NCBI GenBank assembly: GCA_010015805.1
Contig: ML978143.1
Span: 124,001 to 188,000, forward strand
From: Rhizodiscina lignyota
Lineage: Eukaryota
Length of the DNA: 64,000 bases
Direction of reading: 5' to 3'
Part shown: piece after piece, positions 27,018 through 39,032 of the stretch
Numbering within the stretch: position 1 is the stretch's first letter
How the letters are laid out: every line of letters begins with the position of its first letter
The notes under the pieces: model-generated
What the model was told of the DNA's origin: nothing
The model's database searches: none
Seen by the model: only the letters and a program-made list of their open reading frames with translations
Program-made: the position numbers and the translations under genes

Positions 27018-27118
27018 TGCTACTAAAACAATTGTAATGCATGAACTTCTTCATGAGTTGTACTGTCACTGAGTGCCACTTCATCACTTCGCTCGGATTT
27101 ATACATGTGGTCGGTATC

Positions 27119-28287
27119 TCAAACTCCGTCGTCAAGGGTATAGTGGTTGTCCCATCGCTGCAGGAACCCGAAATCAGCCAAACTTAGGACTCCTTTCGCA
27201 CGAGAGCAAACCAGCACGTACCTTGTCATATGACCGGGAGGAGTCAACGAACCGAAGGTCTGTCGCGAGTCGGATGACATTATTGGGGTCGTGGTTGATC
27301 GTTGAGGCATGGATCTACACACGCTTCGTATCAGCATTGTTCCGGACGGGGAGGTATCAACAACCATACAGCAAAAGGATTGTGGAAAACGACGTCGCCG
27401 GCCTCATATGCCGACACCATCCACCGACGGTTATTGAGCCGAGCGAATTCTCCCGGGTCCTCGGTAAGTAGTCCGGTGGTCATCATGTTCTTGTTGAATG
27501 CCGACTTTGCTTCTTCCGAGCTGAGGCCTGCAGCCATTGCCTTTTCGGTGAATTGCTGCTCTAACTCCTCGCCATACGACACGCCTGTGACAGATTAGCC
27601 AATGCCTGACAAATCAGTTTGATATCGGATTTGAGTCTCACTGTTCTCCAGGTAGATCAACCCTCCTCCCTTGATGCTGACATCGCCAATTGGAACCCAC
27701 GCCGTGAGACTTGTGGGTTCGCCGTACCTGAGGAAAATTTGGTCGTAATGGACCCCAATGGCCTTCGTATTCGGGATATTGTTCCTAAGTAAGCTTCTCC
27801 TTAACCCGAACGTGTTATCTTTCCAGCCCGTGAGTTCAGCAACAAATTCCTTCAGCGCTGGATGTCTGCAGAGGTCTTCTGCGTACCAAGGCTCAGTGTG
27901 TGCTTGCAGCGAGAGGTCGACGAATGCTGCTGCCTGTTCGCCTGGGTGTCCGTTCGCGCCCGCTGCACCAGAACCTATGCCAGGGAATTTTGAGACGTCT
28001 TCGTTGTCATTGTAGATGCCATTGACTGGTGCTGTGCCTTTCTTGAGGACACCACAGGGCGAGAGGAACTTGAAATACTTCTCCCTCGCCCTCAAAACGT
28101 CCTCGCGCGGAATAACTCCTTTGACCAGCAAGAAGCCGTCCTCCTCCAAACGCCGCTGCAGCTCTTCAATCGGCGTATCGCGTGCAACCGGGCGAATTAG
28201 ACCGACTTGTTCGGGCTTGAGGGGACCGTCGTTGACGTAGAGCTGCTCCTTGACCTCGACGCGCTCGGGCACGGTGGAGTGAGGCAT
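27119..28287 (-). CDS. Phytanoyl-CoA dioxygenase (PhyH) family Fe(II)/2-oxoglutarate oxygenase
   Basis: EEDGFLLVKG, HxD motif VHYDQIFLR, LTAWVPIGD..GGGLIYLE, YEAGDVVFH..IHAS..IRLATDLRF. Three introns. Confidence 0.92.
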
Positions 28288-28416
28288 TTTGCTGGCAACA
28301 CCGCGTGTCCGGAGAGTTAAGGAGAGTTACGAAGCGCGTACGACGGCCCCTGGAGACAAGTTTTATATGTCGGAGGTCGCCATGGGAGTGGAGTTTGGTG
28401 AAAGGAAGCGATGCGC

Positions 28417-28436
28417 TCGGGGAAGTTTTCCCCCGA
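28417..28436. promoter_or_regulatory. Inverted CGG repeat (TCGGGG-N8-CCCCGA), candidate Zn2Cys6 factor site upstream of the PhyH gene
   Basis: tcggggaagttttcccccga, about 130 bp upstream of the ATG. Confidence 0.35.
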
Positions 28437-29932
28437 ATTACTCCAATTGGAGGGATAGCAGTAAATGCTCCTGATTGGCCACGACTTGGAGAAAATACGG
28501 GAGAGGCGCGTCTGCAATGGCTACACTGGGCGCGCCCTTGGGGCGACACAAGCGACACTGATAGAGCATTTCCGAGGGATTTCTTTATCTCAAGTGATTC
28601 AGGTTGCAGGATTTCCTCTATACGGGCTCAGCTCAGCGGAAACCCGAGCACCGCCGTGCATTGCCTGTTCGTCATGGCTTTCTGCATCTAAATGGATCTA
28701 CCTTTAGGCGTTCCCGCTGCTGCATCAGCCTAAACGCCTTTTCCGGCAAGCCTGTCCTAGAAGTTTAATGTGTGCTACGTTATTGACGTCGCGCAAGTCG
28801 AGGAATTGTTTGTCCGCTCGGATTGCTCACTTTAATGATTGTCCTCACGATGTCACGGGTATCCCTACGTTGAAACTCTGACTCGAGCAATCATGCTGTT
28901 CTATTAATCTTCAGGCCCTTTGAGAGCCTCAGCTTCTACTTCTCAGCCGTTTGTACGGACTCGGTCATGTGCTGAGCATGCAGCCTCATGGGGCGTCTTT
29001 ACTCAAAGTCTCGTAAGCAATGAGGCCAGAATTCAGAACTTGAACTGGTCTCATTCCGGCAGTAGGTTGAGAGCAGAAGTCAGCTCAATCATAGCTCTAC
29101 CTCGAAGAGGCAGGATACTACAATTTTGGCTGGGTCTGGCGTTGACTCTTCCCACTTTTTCTTTCAGCTCTTGACTCTTGTCCGCTCGTCGTCAATGCTC
29201 GATTATAGGCAGATTCAGAGTGCTGGGTCGCTCGATAATTCCTCATTACATGGCTCACGAAAATAGGTGGTAAACTAGATTCAATATAGCTGCCAAAGGC
29301 TGCAGAGAGCGTATTCAATAGCAACTCGTAAGACAAAGAGTGTTTTATTTACCACCCACGCAAAGAAGACTCGTGGCCGGTATGTTACCTTTCCGCGCAT
29401 ATTCGAAATCTTCAGGTTCCTTGCCCTAGGGTTACACGGTTTGCTTTCACCTTAGCGTCGTAAAAATTAACATTCGCAAGATAACGGGTAAACTACATCT
29501 CCTGTCGCGGTAGGGTAGTCGTGAATGGTAAGGTAATCGGCTCTCTGGGTCCGGCAAGTCTAAGCTTGCCACGTAAGTTCGAGATGCATATATATCCCCT
29601 GCCAGTTTTTACACCTTGTCGCAAGTCCCTTGCTTGATATCTTGATAGCTGAATAGCTTTGGATTGTTTGGGGCATTACCAGGTCCGTAGCCAATTTCGT
29701 ATTAACAAATCAACTAGCATGGTCACCGCACAAGTAGGGGCGCTTGCAGGTATACCGCCGCTTCTGTCATCAGTTCTAGAGTTATCGCTGGACAAAAATT
29801 ATCAGGACCAGGACTAGAACATGGATTATCTTTAGCCATTCTGGTTCGATCTGTTTAACGTTGAAGTCTACCTCACGGAGATCTACGTTATAACAAATTT
29901 GAACAAGCTACAACCGCTTACTCGAATGCTTC

Positions 29933-31077
29933 TCATATTGATATATCTTCGATTGAACTGTCTAACTTCGTCTTGCCGGGCAGCGGGTTGGTGATGGTGT
30001 CAGTGTCGATACTGGTGCCGGTGGTGGCGCCAGTGGTAGAAGACTCGGCTGCCGAAACGGTGGAGAGAAGGCGCGGTGCGAAGCTCAGAGAACACGAGTA
30101 AGCAGACTGAGCGGCAACGCTTGGGGCAAGGGCGGAGGTCGTGTGGACGCCATTGGCAAGGCGCGCTAGGAACCGAGGCATCATTACCGTAGGAGGCAGA
30201 GGCACGCCGCTATGTAGGCGTTTGCACTCGGCCTCTACCCACTGCCCCGTTGCGGTGAGCCTCTTGACCCCGGCCTCCAGATGGCTGATTTGCTGGTTAG
30301 CTGTGTTGAGCGTATGGCGCGGTGCGGCAAGCTCCTTCTCCATCAGTTCAGCCTCCAGAACGCGCCTGAGGCTAGTTGTAGCAATGTCTCGTTGGTGCTC
30401 AAGATCTTTCTCGAGCGACCTGATGGTAAGGTACAAGTGCCTGGCTTTGTCCCGTCCGTCTGCGACATGACGCTCCTCTGAGATGAGCTCCGACTGCATG
30501 TTGTGCACCTCCGCGTTGGCGTCTGTGGCTTGCTGGCGCGCGGAGTCGCGTTCACCTCTAATAGCATCGAGGCGTCCAAAATGTTGGTCAATGGCAAATA
30601 GGTTGTTATTGGTGCAATGGAGGCATCTTCCCTCCACAGGTCGTTGTGCAAGTAAGGCAATGAGCCGATTGATTTCGTTATCCCAGTCCATTATGTCCAC
30701 GTTTTGGACGGCTTTCTCGAAGTCTTCATTGATTTTTTCGTGAAGGGCCTTCTTAACGCGTAGGTCGCCATCTCTATAAGCCTCTCCGAGCTGGATATCC
30801 TTGTCATGAAGCATCTACCGGAGGGCAGCGTAGGCTGGATCCGGATAGTAATAGTCGAACGTACGCGCAAGGGAGGCCTGACGGACTACAGTACTGGATA
30901 AAATTCTGGGGTTTTACCACTTACGAAAAGTGTGAGGGCGACAATTGTAAGGATAATTGTAGTCACGGAGAAGAGCAGCGCAACTGCCACGGCGCAGCAG
31001 AAATTCTTGATCGTTATGAGCCACCCAAGTTCGTCATCGGGTTGCAGCTGCTCCTTGTCTGTACAGCCGTTGGCCAT
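29933..31077 (-). CDS. Orphan TM + coiled-coil protein, interrupted by a single in-frame TAG (possible recent pseudogene)
   Basis: Exon 1 MANGC..VAVALLFSVTTIILTIVALTLF; intron 30924-30878 (gtaagt..tcag); then ASLARTFDYYYPDPAYAALR-TAG(30815-30817)-MLHDKD and a 293-aa heptad-rich ORF. Confidence 0.6.
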
Positions 31078-32022
31078 CTGTATTGGGAAAACCTTCACCA
31101 AAATGCTCTGGGGAATACGACAGAGGGAATACAAAAGGGGACATGCTAAGGCAAATTTGGTAAACTACTCCACTAAAACCTGGAGATTTCTTGGAGCTGC
31201 TGAAACTGTAAAACAGTCGCTCCGTATGCTGTTCGTTCGCTGAAAACTAGCAGTTCAATAATTTTGCTTTTGGTTATTTTCTTCCAATGGCGTTGTGCAC
31301 TGCAATATGCCAAGACCAACTTGAAGATCGTATTCTGGAATGAGTGTGTTGAGTGAGAACGGTTACGCTCTGAATAGAAGTGGTGGAAGGTACGAATCTT
31401 GGTTCCACGCAAGCAGCTGCCCCCAAGGACAATGGGCATTCATCATCTGGATCATGAATAGCCTTTTTGTTAACAAGGGATGTACTACCTCAAAGAAATT
31501 AGCATGCGACTCCAATTCCGGCGCGTAAAACAAAGAAGTCAAGATCCTCACAAAAGCGCTTTGTAGCATGCGGAGACCTCAATTGCCTCACATACCAAAT
31601 AGCTTCTTGCTATTTACGACATCATCCAACCGTATCCAGCAAATCTACCGATCTAGACACATACTCACCCACTTACAAGACCAAGACGATTTCTTCTGAC
31701 TCAAACCGCGGCATATTGTTGTATCCGCGCAGATTGTATTCCGTTTCGAAGACAATTGTATGTGCAGGCATCTTTCGCTGTACTATCGTGTTAGCGAACA
31801 CCCATTGTCCGTCCAGAATAGTCTGTCACCAACCCGAGCCGGCTCGCTAGAGCCATCGACTAGCACCCACAATACCCACAATACCAAATCTACTGAGCAG
31901 TTTCATAACTCTCCTAACATATAATCTTCCCAGGCTATACTCTCTCTCAACTTCATTCAAGTCTCAGCCCGACCCCAGATACTCAACTCTTAACCTCTCT
32001 CCAAACACACGACTCCCTCACC

Positions 32023-33849
32023 ATGGATCGCCGGAACGTCTGCTTGAGCACTCTGACTGGCGTCATTACCATACTCGGCGGAGCATGGTTTGGCACACAA
32101 CTTGTGCCATCGCCCAACCCAACAAGCAATATCACCGTGGCCACCAACTGGACCGGTGATAGCTCAATTCCCACCGTCCCAGAAATCTCTCCAAGTCCGG
32201 AGCCTACTGAGCAGGCTTCGATGACGACTGGATGTGTTGTTGCAGATTCCAACAACACGAGAATGCCTTTCTTCCTGATGCCGTCCACAGACTCTTCAAT
32301 CCTAACCACCTACTATAACGACGCCGCAGCAGTCGGCACCACCAGGCCTGAACCGTACTCTGGTCGGCTGATCAGAGCTTCTTCACAGGTACCCATACGT
32401 GCCATCTATGACAATGTTTCAGATACGCTGTCGAATGGATTCGTCCTCGGCCTCCTACTGCTTGCCATCGGTCTCCTTTTCCCTCGGCTTTCCCCCATTG
32501 CCTGGCACATTCTCGCCATCGCATCCAACACGCTTATCGAGCGTCGTGGAAGCCAGCCAGACAGCCAGCACGCAAGCCAGCTGTGGCTTATTATTCTCGA
32601 AGTCGTGCTCATGCCACTCATGTTCCGTATGAGCCTCCAGGATCCGTTAATACGGGTGCTTATGGCCGGTGCGATTGCCATTGTAGCCTGTCTGGATGGT
32701 CTGTGGTACACCGCGAATGCATTTCATGCTCTCTGGATGTACATACGCCACTTGTTCTGGAACCGTGACAAATGCCAGGAGGTGATGCAGGAGAACATGC
32801 GCGTTGAGGAGAACCGCATGTGGCGTGAGAAGAGCGAGCAGGGCGACGCGTACATCGGAAGGCTGAGACGATTCGCTGCCGGGTACGAGGAACAGCGCCA
32901 AGCCAAACTCTACGCCGAGAGCCAGCTCAGAGCCAACAACTTCATGAAGGAAGCTGACAAGGAGATGGTGCGCCTTCAGAGCATCGAGCAGCGCCTGAAC
33001 GCTTTCATTGAAGATTTAGAGAACCTATTCAGAGCGCTACCGGATAGGTGCGCTATCGCTATGCCCAAGGTTGTGGAGCCGTTCAGAAGCGAATTCGCCA
33101 AGTCTCAACCGTCTCGCGAGCAACAAGTTGTCCACTGCATCAACTCTTCGCTGGACATCCTGCTTTCGCTTTATACGGAGCAGGGAAACACAGTTGCAGA
33201 GCTGGATAAAGCTCTGCGAGAAGCTCGTGCCAGTGAGAAACAGGTTCAGCAAAACCTGAAGGTTTTGAAGGTCAACGACTCGCAACTCAAAAAGCAACTG
33301 GATGAGCACCAAAAAGGGGCGACAACTATGAAAAACAATTTGTTGAAGTCCATGAACGTTTTGAGGGACAAGGATGACGACTATAGATCCCCGGTCCTTG
33401 ACTGGGCCGAGAAGATCGATCGAGAGTTCCGCTCTAAGGCACGAGACAAAGGAAAGGATAATTTGGAAGGCTTGCAGCTCATGGAGCTTCTGGATACACT
33501 TATCAATGGAGTAACGGAACTGCTCAAGGGCATATCGAACGAAGACCAGGAGGTGAAGCGTTTGAGCAAGGCTGTTAAAGAGCACAACAAGGCGTTCAAG
33601 TCCCTCGAGGAAGACATCAGGGAGTATGGGCAGGTTGGCATATCCCCTCTCCACATGCACACACTGGTGTTCCAAGGTGCGATTGAGCAGGCGAAAATTT
33701 CCACCAACGATAGCCCCATAGAAAGAGCTGCCAAACTATGGTTCCATTTTAGGCCTGCGCTTGCTCATGTTGTCAAACAATTGGAGACAGAGCGGGATCA
33801 GAATCTGATCCAGGCTCTTCCGGAGGAAGTCGATCCGGATTTCACATGA
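32023..33849 (+). CDS. Orphan membrane protein with several TM segments and a long coiled-coil C-terminus
   Basis: Intronless 608-aa ORF. N-terminal hydrophobic anchor, S/T/P-rich segment, about 3 more hydrophobic helices, then an E/K/Q/L-rich heptad region. Confidence 0.75.
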   Translation: MDRRNVCLSTLTGVITILGGAWFGTQLVPSPNPTSNITVATNWTGDSSIPTVPEISPSPEPTEQASMTTGCVVADSNNTRMPFFLMPSTDSSILTTYYNDAAAVGTTRPEPYSGRLIRASSQVPIRAIYDNVSDTLSNGFVLGLLLLAIGLLFPRLSPIAWHILAIASNTLIERRGSQPDSQHASQLWLIILEVVLMPLMFRMSLQDPLIRVLMAGAIAIVACLDGLWYTANAFHALWMYIRHLFWNRDKCQEVMQENMRVEENRMWREKSEQGDAYIGRLRRFAAGYEEQRQAKLYAESQLRANNFMKEADKEMVRLQSIEQRLNAFIEDLENLFRALPDRCAIAMPKVVEPFRSEFAKSQPSREQQVVHCINSSLDILLSLYTEQGNTVAELDKALREARASEKQVQQNLKVLKVNDSQLKKQLDEHQKGATTMKNNLLKSMNVLRDKDDDYRSPVLDWAEKIDREFRSKARDKGKDNLEGLQLMELLDTLINGVTELLKGISNEDQEVKRLSKAVKEHNKAFKSLEEDIREYGQVGISPLHMHTLVFQGAIEQAKISTNDSPIERAAKLWFHFRPALAHVVKQLETERDQNLIQALPEEVDPDFT

Positions 33850-35295
33850 ATTCAGTATCATTAACTGTGAATGCAGTGCACGCAAGGTGTCTACAGTTAG
33901 CAGATATTCCCCAATATTACATAAGTCCTGATGCTGCAACTTACCAATGGATTTGCTTTGCAATCGAAGTGATTAGAAGCATATGCTGAAAGTTGCGCCA
34001 AGCCGTGATTTAAAAGGATGAAATCGCCCCCAAGTTCGTACACACTTTGTTGAAGAGTACTTAACCGTCCCGATTTCTACATTTAACAAATAATGCTCCA
34101 AAGATAGAAGAATGTTTACCATGCAGCTGCTCGAGGCTGCGTAAAAGCACGAGGTACCCACGAAGGAGCCTCTTTCAAAGGACTGGGGCAGTTTTAAAGG
34201 TAATACAAGTAGAATGGAAGACTTATTGCACAATGGCTGTTCTGTGGTGCAGAATAGTGTTCAAGATGAGAAAAAAGGAGGCCGGAGGGCTTTCAAGCGA
34301 CTGGTCCATTTAGTGAGGAAGAGAAAAGTCGAAAACATACTTCCCTAGCACAACTAGAGTACGAAAAGTGTCATGTAGGCGGATAGAATAACTGTGATTA
34401 TAAGACCTAGAGTGCTTGGAAGAAGGGACTTCGACGATGGGAGATAGATTTCTTCACAGCGATTTTGAAATCGGAGTGGCCGGAGACTTCGATGGAAGAG
34501 CGCTAACTCCACTTACTTCAGCCCACTGCTGCCAGTCCAGTAAAAGAGAGCTGTCTCTTCTAAACGCAGATGCTCATGGTATATCGTCGAACGGATAGAA
34601 GATCATCGACATGGCGAGTGCGATTTACGAGTGCCAGCGCACTGGGGCCTTTTCAATTACTTCGTATACGATACGGGTTATCCAAGATAAGGGGAGCAGA
34701 AGAGAGGTTCTCCTTTTGATTGTCGAGAGATGGATAATTGGTCACAAGGGGGTAGAAGAGGGTGCTGATTGCGACAAGTGTGTTTCTAGGTGATGGTAGA
34801 GTTGGAGATGGCTATGCCCCAAGGTGGCTGGTCGCGCGCACATGCTGAGAAGATGGAAGACCGTTCTTCTTCTGGCGATTGCGCGTCTCCTTGTTATTCT
34901 GCTCGCGGGGAGTTCGATTTAGCGAAGGGCACTTGGCCCAAAGAGGAAACGCCTGAGATGATCGCAATAACGGTCACGGAGTAGGTACTCCCATGGAACA
35001 ATCCGTACAGACTTCAGTCCAATCGATTACATCGCGCGCATCATACTCATCTACCAGTGGATCTTTGACGAATGCTCTGGAGTGCATTATTATTACCTAA
35101 CCACGCTTTGCAATAGACGCGTTGGTTGACGCCGTTAATACATTAATGACTCCCATCACAGGATAGAAAAGCGTCAAATGTAGAATTATTTCTTAACTTC
35201 CTCTCTCCTCCCAGTCCGGGTGCTTTTCATCATGAACCATTTCAGGAAAGTCATTTCGCAGCATAGTAACCATTCAACCCGAATTCCACGCAACA

Positions 35296-36034
35296 TGACA
35301 GAACGTACGAAAGAAGACGCAGCTTTACTTCGTCTTCCATCAAGAATTCGCCTGAAGATACTCGAGGATCTTCATAGAAATATCGCCGCTGAAGCCCTCA
35401 GAATGGCATTCATCCTGATGACTCACGAGAAGCGACACGAGCTATTATCTTGATCCTCGCCTGCTAGAGTACTCCTTTGGCAACGGCAGTCGGAGTTTCA
35501 AGATTCGATACCCACACCCTCTCCCTTTGCGTGTGCCATGAGATCAGGGCCAATATTCGAAGAGCATTGTTGAGCATGGCCTCATCACTCTGGTATTCCT
35601 TCTGGACACTTGGAACACGCAATCCACCACACAGGCTGTAAAACACCTCGGGCATCTGCAAAGCGCTCAAAACCTGAATATCGTTGTGGAAGGATGCTAC
35701 AAATGGCCATCTCGACTATCTGATTGCGAGTGTTGAAGCTCATTCCACTTATAAAACAGCTTCTGATCAACTGCCAAATGCTCGAACACTACGACTGCAT
35801 TGGGAACTCTTCCATTGCTGCCTTAAAGATCACACATGCAATGATCCAGGCAAGGAAGAAGTCCAGAAGTCTCTAGTGTGGGCAGCTTCCGAGGTTCTTA
35901 CGCATGGTCCTGAAGCGAGTTGGCTCCGCATCAGTACCAATATGCAAGGCGTTCAATCTCGGACATTCACAAGGGCGGGTTGGACATGGCGTGTTGACAT
36001 CGGAGCCTCTGAGCTGTCTTACGGTAGGCGCTAG
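35296..36034 (+). pseudogene. F-box-like protein remnant
   Basis: LLRLPSRIRLKILE near the start; LSLCVCHEIRAN (resembles LLxVCrqirxE) in another frame; several stops and frameshifts. Confidence 0.45.
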
Positions 36035-36460
36035 AAAGATTCGCCACCTGATTCGAAAGATCTCAGGGGCGAATACAAAGCGGTGCTATCGAATGGCCAG
36101 AACTCGTTACCACCTGCGCCGAGCTCATTTCGGGAATTGATGCGACAACTTCACGAGATATAAGAACATCCATGCCTTCATGGCGATAGCGAATGAAGGT
36201 CGGGGACGGTCATGGACGGCGTTGCATATCATGTGAGTCTTATCGTAACGGCGGAATTCTTTGTTCACATTTTGCCGGTAAGCCACGTCACATGCGAAGC
36301 AACAGCTTCAGGAGGAGAAAGTATGCTACAAGAATCCGAACCCGAATTCACCATTCAAGTCGTAACCTCCAGATCGTGATCTCGTGTTCAACGCCACAAC
36401 GCCGCGCTTCCGTCCAGGATGCTTTGCCATAACCAAGCTACGAAGCACAATGCTTCACAT

Positions 36461-37251
36461 CTAGAACTGGTCTTTGGAGCTTCAATTAGCATGAAATATA
36501 ACACGCTGCAACGGTAAAGAGGGAACTCACCAAGCGTCATGCTCATCGATACGTCCGTGCTGCTAACCATCTTTGTGAACTCCTCGAAGCTGATCTTGCC
36601 GTCGCGATCCAGATCCGCCTCCATGATCGTCTTGTCGACAATCTGTGTATCGTGAGCGTCTTTTTGGCCATTTGACGAATGAAACCCTCAGAGTTCTTCA
36701 TATTTAATAATCTTCGGAACTACGCACCTGCTGCAGCTGCTGGTCCTTCAGATTGCTTCCAACCATCATTTTCAGCACAATGAACAGCTCTCCATTGCTG
36801 ATGTAACCGTCGCGATCAATGTCGTACACCTTGAAGGCGAAGCGAAGCTTCTCCTCCTTGTTGCCCTTGCTGCTGAACGCACTCAGGCCGCTGACGAACT
36901 CCTGGAAGTCGACGTCTCCGCCGCCATCCTCATCGAAGATTGCGATCATGCGCGTGGCGAGAGGGTTGGAGGAGACCTGAGGAAGGGAGAGGAACTCGTC
37001 GCGCTCGATGGTACCAGAGTTGTCCTTGAAGCGAAGTTATGTTACTCCAAGATCGCAAGCTTCCTTTCTTTTAAATTCCCGTACCTTATCCAGCTTCATG
37101 AAGCGCTTTCGCAGCCTGTCAACCTCCTCGCGGTCAACTGTGAAGCAAACAGTCAGTTTGCGTGGCCAAGATATATCGTCTTATTTGATGAGCGCATACA
37201 ATTTGACCCCTGTACAATGTTCTCCAGCATCTGAGAATTCGCGTTACCCAT
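36461..37251 (-). CDS. CNB1: Calcineurin regulatory subunit B
   Basis: Myristoylation start [19 protein letters not shown] hands ([52 protein letters not shown]). Ends MTLDQF*. Four introns. Confidence 0.97.
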
Positions 37252-37624
37252 TTTAGCGGTATTTCAAGAGGATTTGTAGGGTTGAGAAGCAGCAGAATGA
37301 AAGTTCAGGCACCTTAAGCTGTGAGGGACATCAAGTCATACGGCAGAATGGTTTGACCGGGCCTCCGGACGACGACATCTTCGGACCTTGCTTGGGTTGG
37401 CTCCAAAGTGATTGTCTTTCTGCATTTTATAAATCAATTGAAGTCTATTAGACCTATCTCTGGATAGTCAAGCTATCTCCAAGGTTTACATGACCATTAC
37501 TGCTCTTTCAACCTCAACGAGCACGGAGCTTTTCCATATCCCAATCACTGTATAGGTTCGGCGTTGAGGACGTTCCTTCAGCCGATCCCTACATCTCTAA
37601 AAGACTCCAAATCCCTGCACAGAT

Positions 37625-38131
37625 ATGGCGGATGCTGCATCTGCTCCTATTGAAATCGCGTCGGCGATCCAATCCGCGTCCATCGAGAAACACCCTTCCC
37701 CAGAGCACGACATCAATCCTTCGACCGCTGCATCCTCCAAAGAGCCCGTAACAGTATCTCTCCCATCTTCACCAGAAGACGACATCGACGAGCCCGAAGC
37801 TGAAGATGAAATCCCTGTTTCCGTCCTGCGCCCACTGCCTCGTCCGCGTCGCTCAACGCTTCCGCCTCTACCAGACCTTCGATTTGAGCAAAGTTACCTC
37901 AAGTCGATACAACACTGTGAGAGCACGTGGGCCGTGCTTTGGATCACGTTTCGAGATCAGGTAGTTTTGGCTCTCGCGCAAGGATTCCTCTGGACGCTGA
38001 TTATGGCGGGTTGGAGACATTTCAATAGGGGAGGAGCTGGGAAGTTCTCTGGCCAGAGAGTGGGCGCGAGGCTAAGAAGATGGTGGTGGGGTGTCAATGG
38101 ATGGACCTTGCCTGACGATCGGAAGAGCTGA
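37625..38131 (+). CDS. DUF1770-type fungal protein
   Basis: EIASAIQSASI..HPSP.HDINPSTAAS.K.PV, LPPLPDLRFEQSYL.SI, RDQVVL.LAQG.LWTL..GWRH.N, RLRRWWWGVN.W. Confidence 0.85.
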   Translation: MADAASAPIEIASAIQSASIEKHPSPEHDINPSTAASSKEPVTVSLPSSPEDDIDEPEAEDEIPVSVLRPLPRPRRSTLPPLPDLRFEQSYLKSIQHCESTWAVLWITFRDQVVLALAQGFLWTLIMAGWRHFNRGGAGKFSGQRVGARLRRWWWGVNGWTLPDDRKS

Positions 38132-38738
38132 ACTTGTTAGAAAAGCTTGTGAAGCCAACTGGACATTTTCGAGACGTCCGGCGCTCTTCGCCGCATGAAG
38201 GTTGAGTTCTGGATAATTCGGAACGAAGCACGACAGCGACGGAATTATGAAGTCAGAGTTAGAACTGAAGTGTCTCGACACTACATGTAACCGCAACTGG
38301 ACTTATACTGCGCTTCGGGAAGAGTAACAAATGAGTATATTCATTCTGGAGGACATTTCACCCACCGCTGGACTCTGTTTTGAGTCAAATACAGCTGAGT
38401 TCACACCTCGTCTGCTGAGTCTAAAGGGAATTGTGGACCGAATTATTCATTCCTCCAGACCTGTTACATCGTACGAAGACAATGTCAAGAGCCCTACTCC
38501 TTAACGCCAGTGTAGTCAGATCAGGGGTCTCGCTTGAATGCATAATTTCGCCATGCGATGTCACCTTGATCTTTTTTCAAGAGGTATTACTGTGGGCGCG
38601 TGTACTCGTCCTTCATATATATACTCATGCCATGGTGCTCGTTTTCTTAACTTTCCAACCTTTTCGCCACTGAAACATTTCACTTTCTGCTCTGGCAGTG
38701 CCTCCGCTAGGCTGTCTGTCAAAGCACAGAATTGCAGA

Positions 38739-39032
38739 ATGTGGCAATACTTCTACACACCTCTCGACGCTCTTCTCGTCATTCTAATCTTATACCTCAT
38801 GATCCTCTCGAACTCAACGATAAACAACGAAAACCTCAAGGCGACGAGCCCTTCTAGCGAAGTAGCATCGCTCTGGGAATGGACAGCTTAAAAATTGCCG
38901 ACCGGCTTCATGGATCTTCCAAGAGAACTGCGTCAAGAGATCTTCTACATCTTCCTCCGAGAACCACCCCACCCGAGATCCATTCACGGACGAGTACGTG
39001 ACGTACTACAACTGCAAGGGAGAGATAATTAA
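38739..39032 (+). pseudogene. F-box-like remnant
   Basis: MWQYF..(TM)..WEWTA*KLPTGFMDLPRELRQEIFYIFL. In-frame TAA (38889-38891) just before an LPxELRxxI motif; the frame closes soon after. Confidence 0.4.

Noticed and set aside
34240..35000. Possible minus-strand gene remnant
   Set aside because: All frames have frequent stops and no family could be supported.
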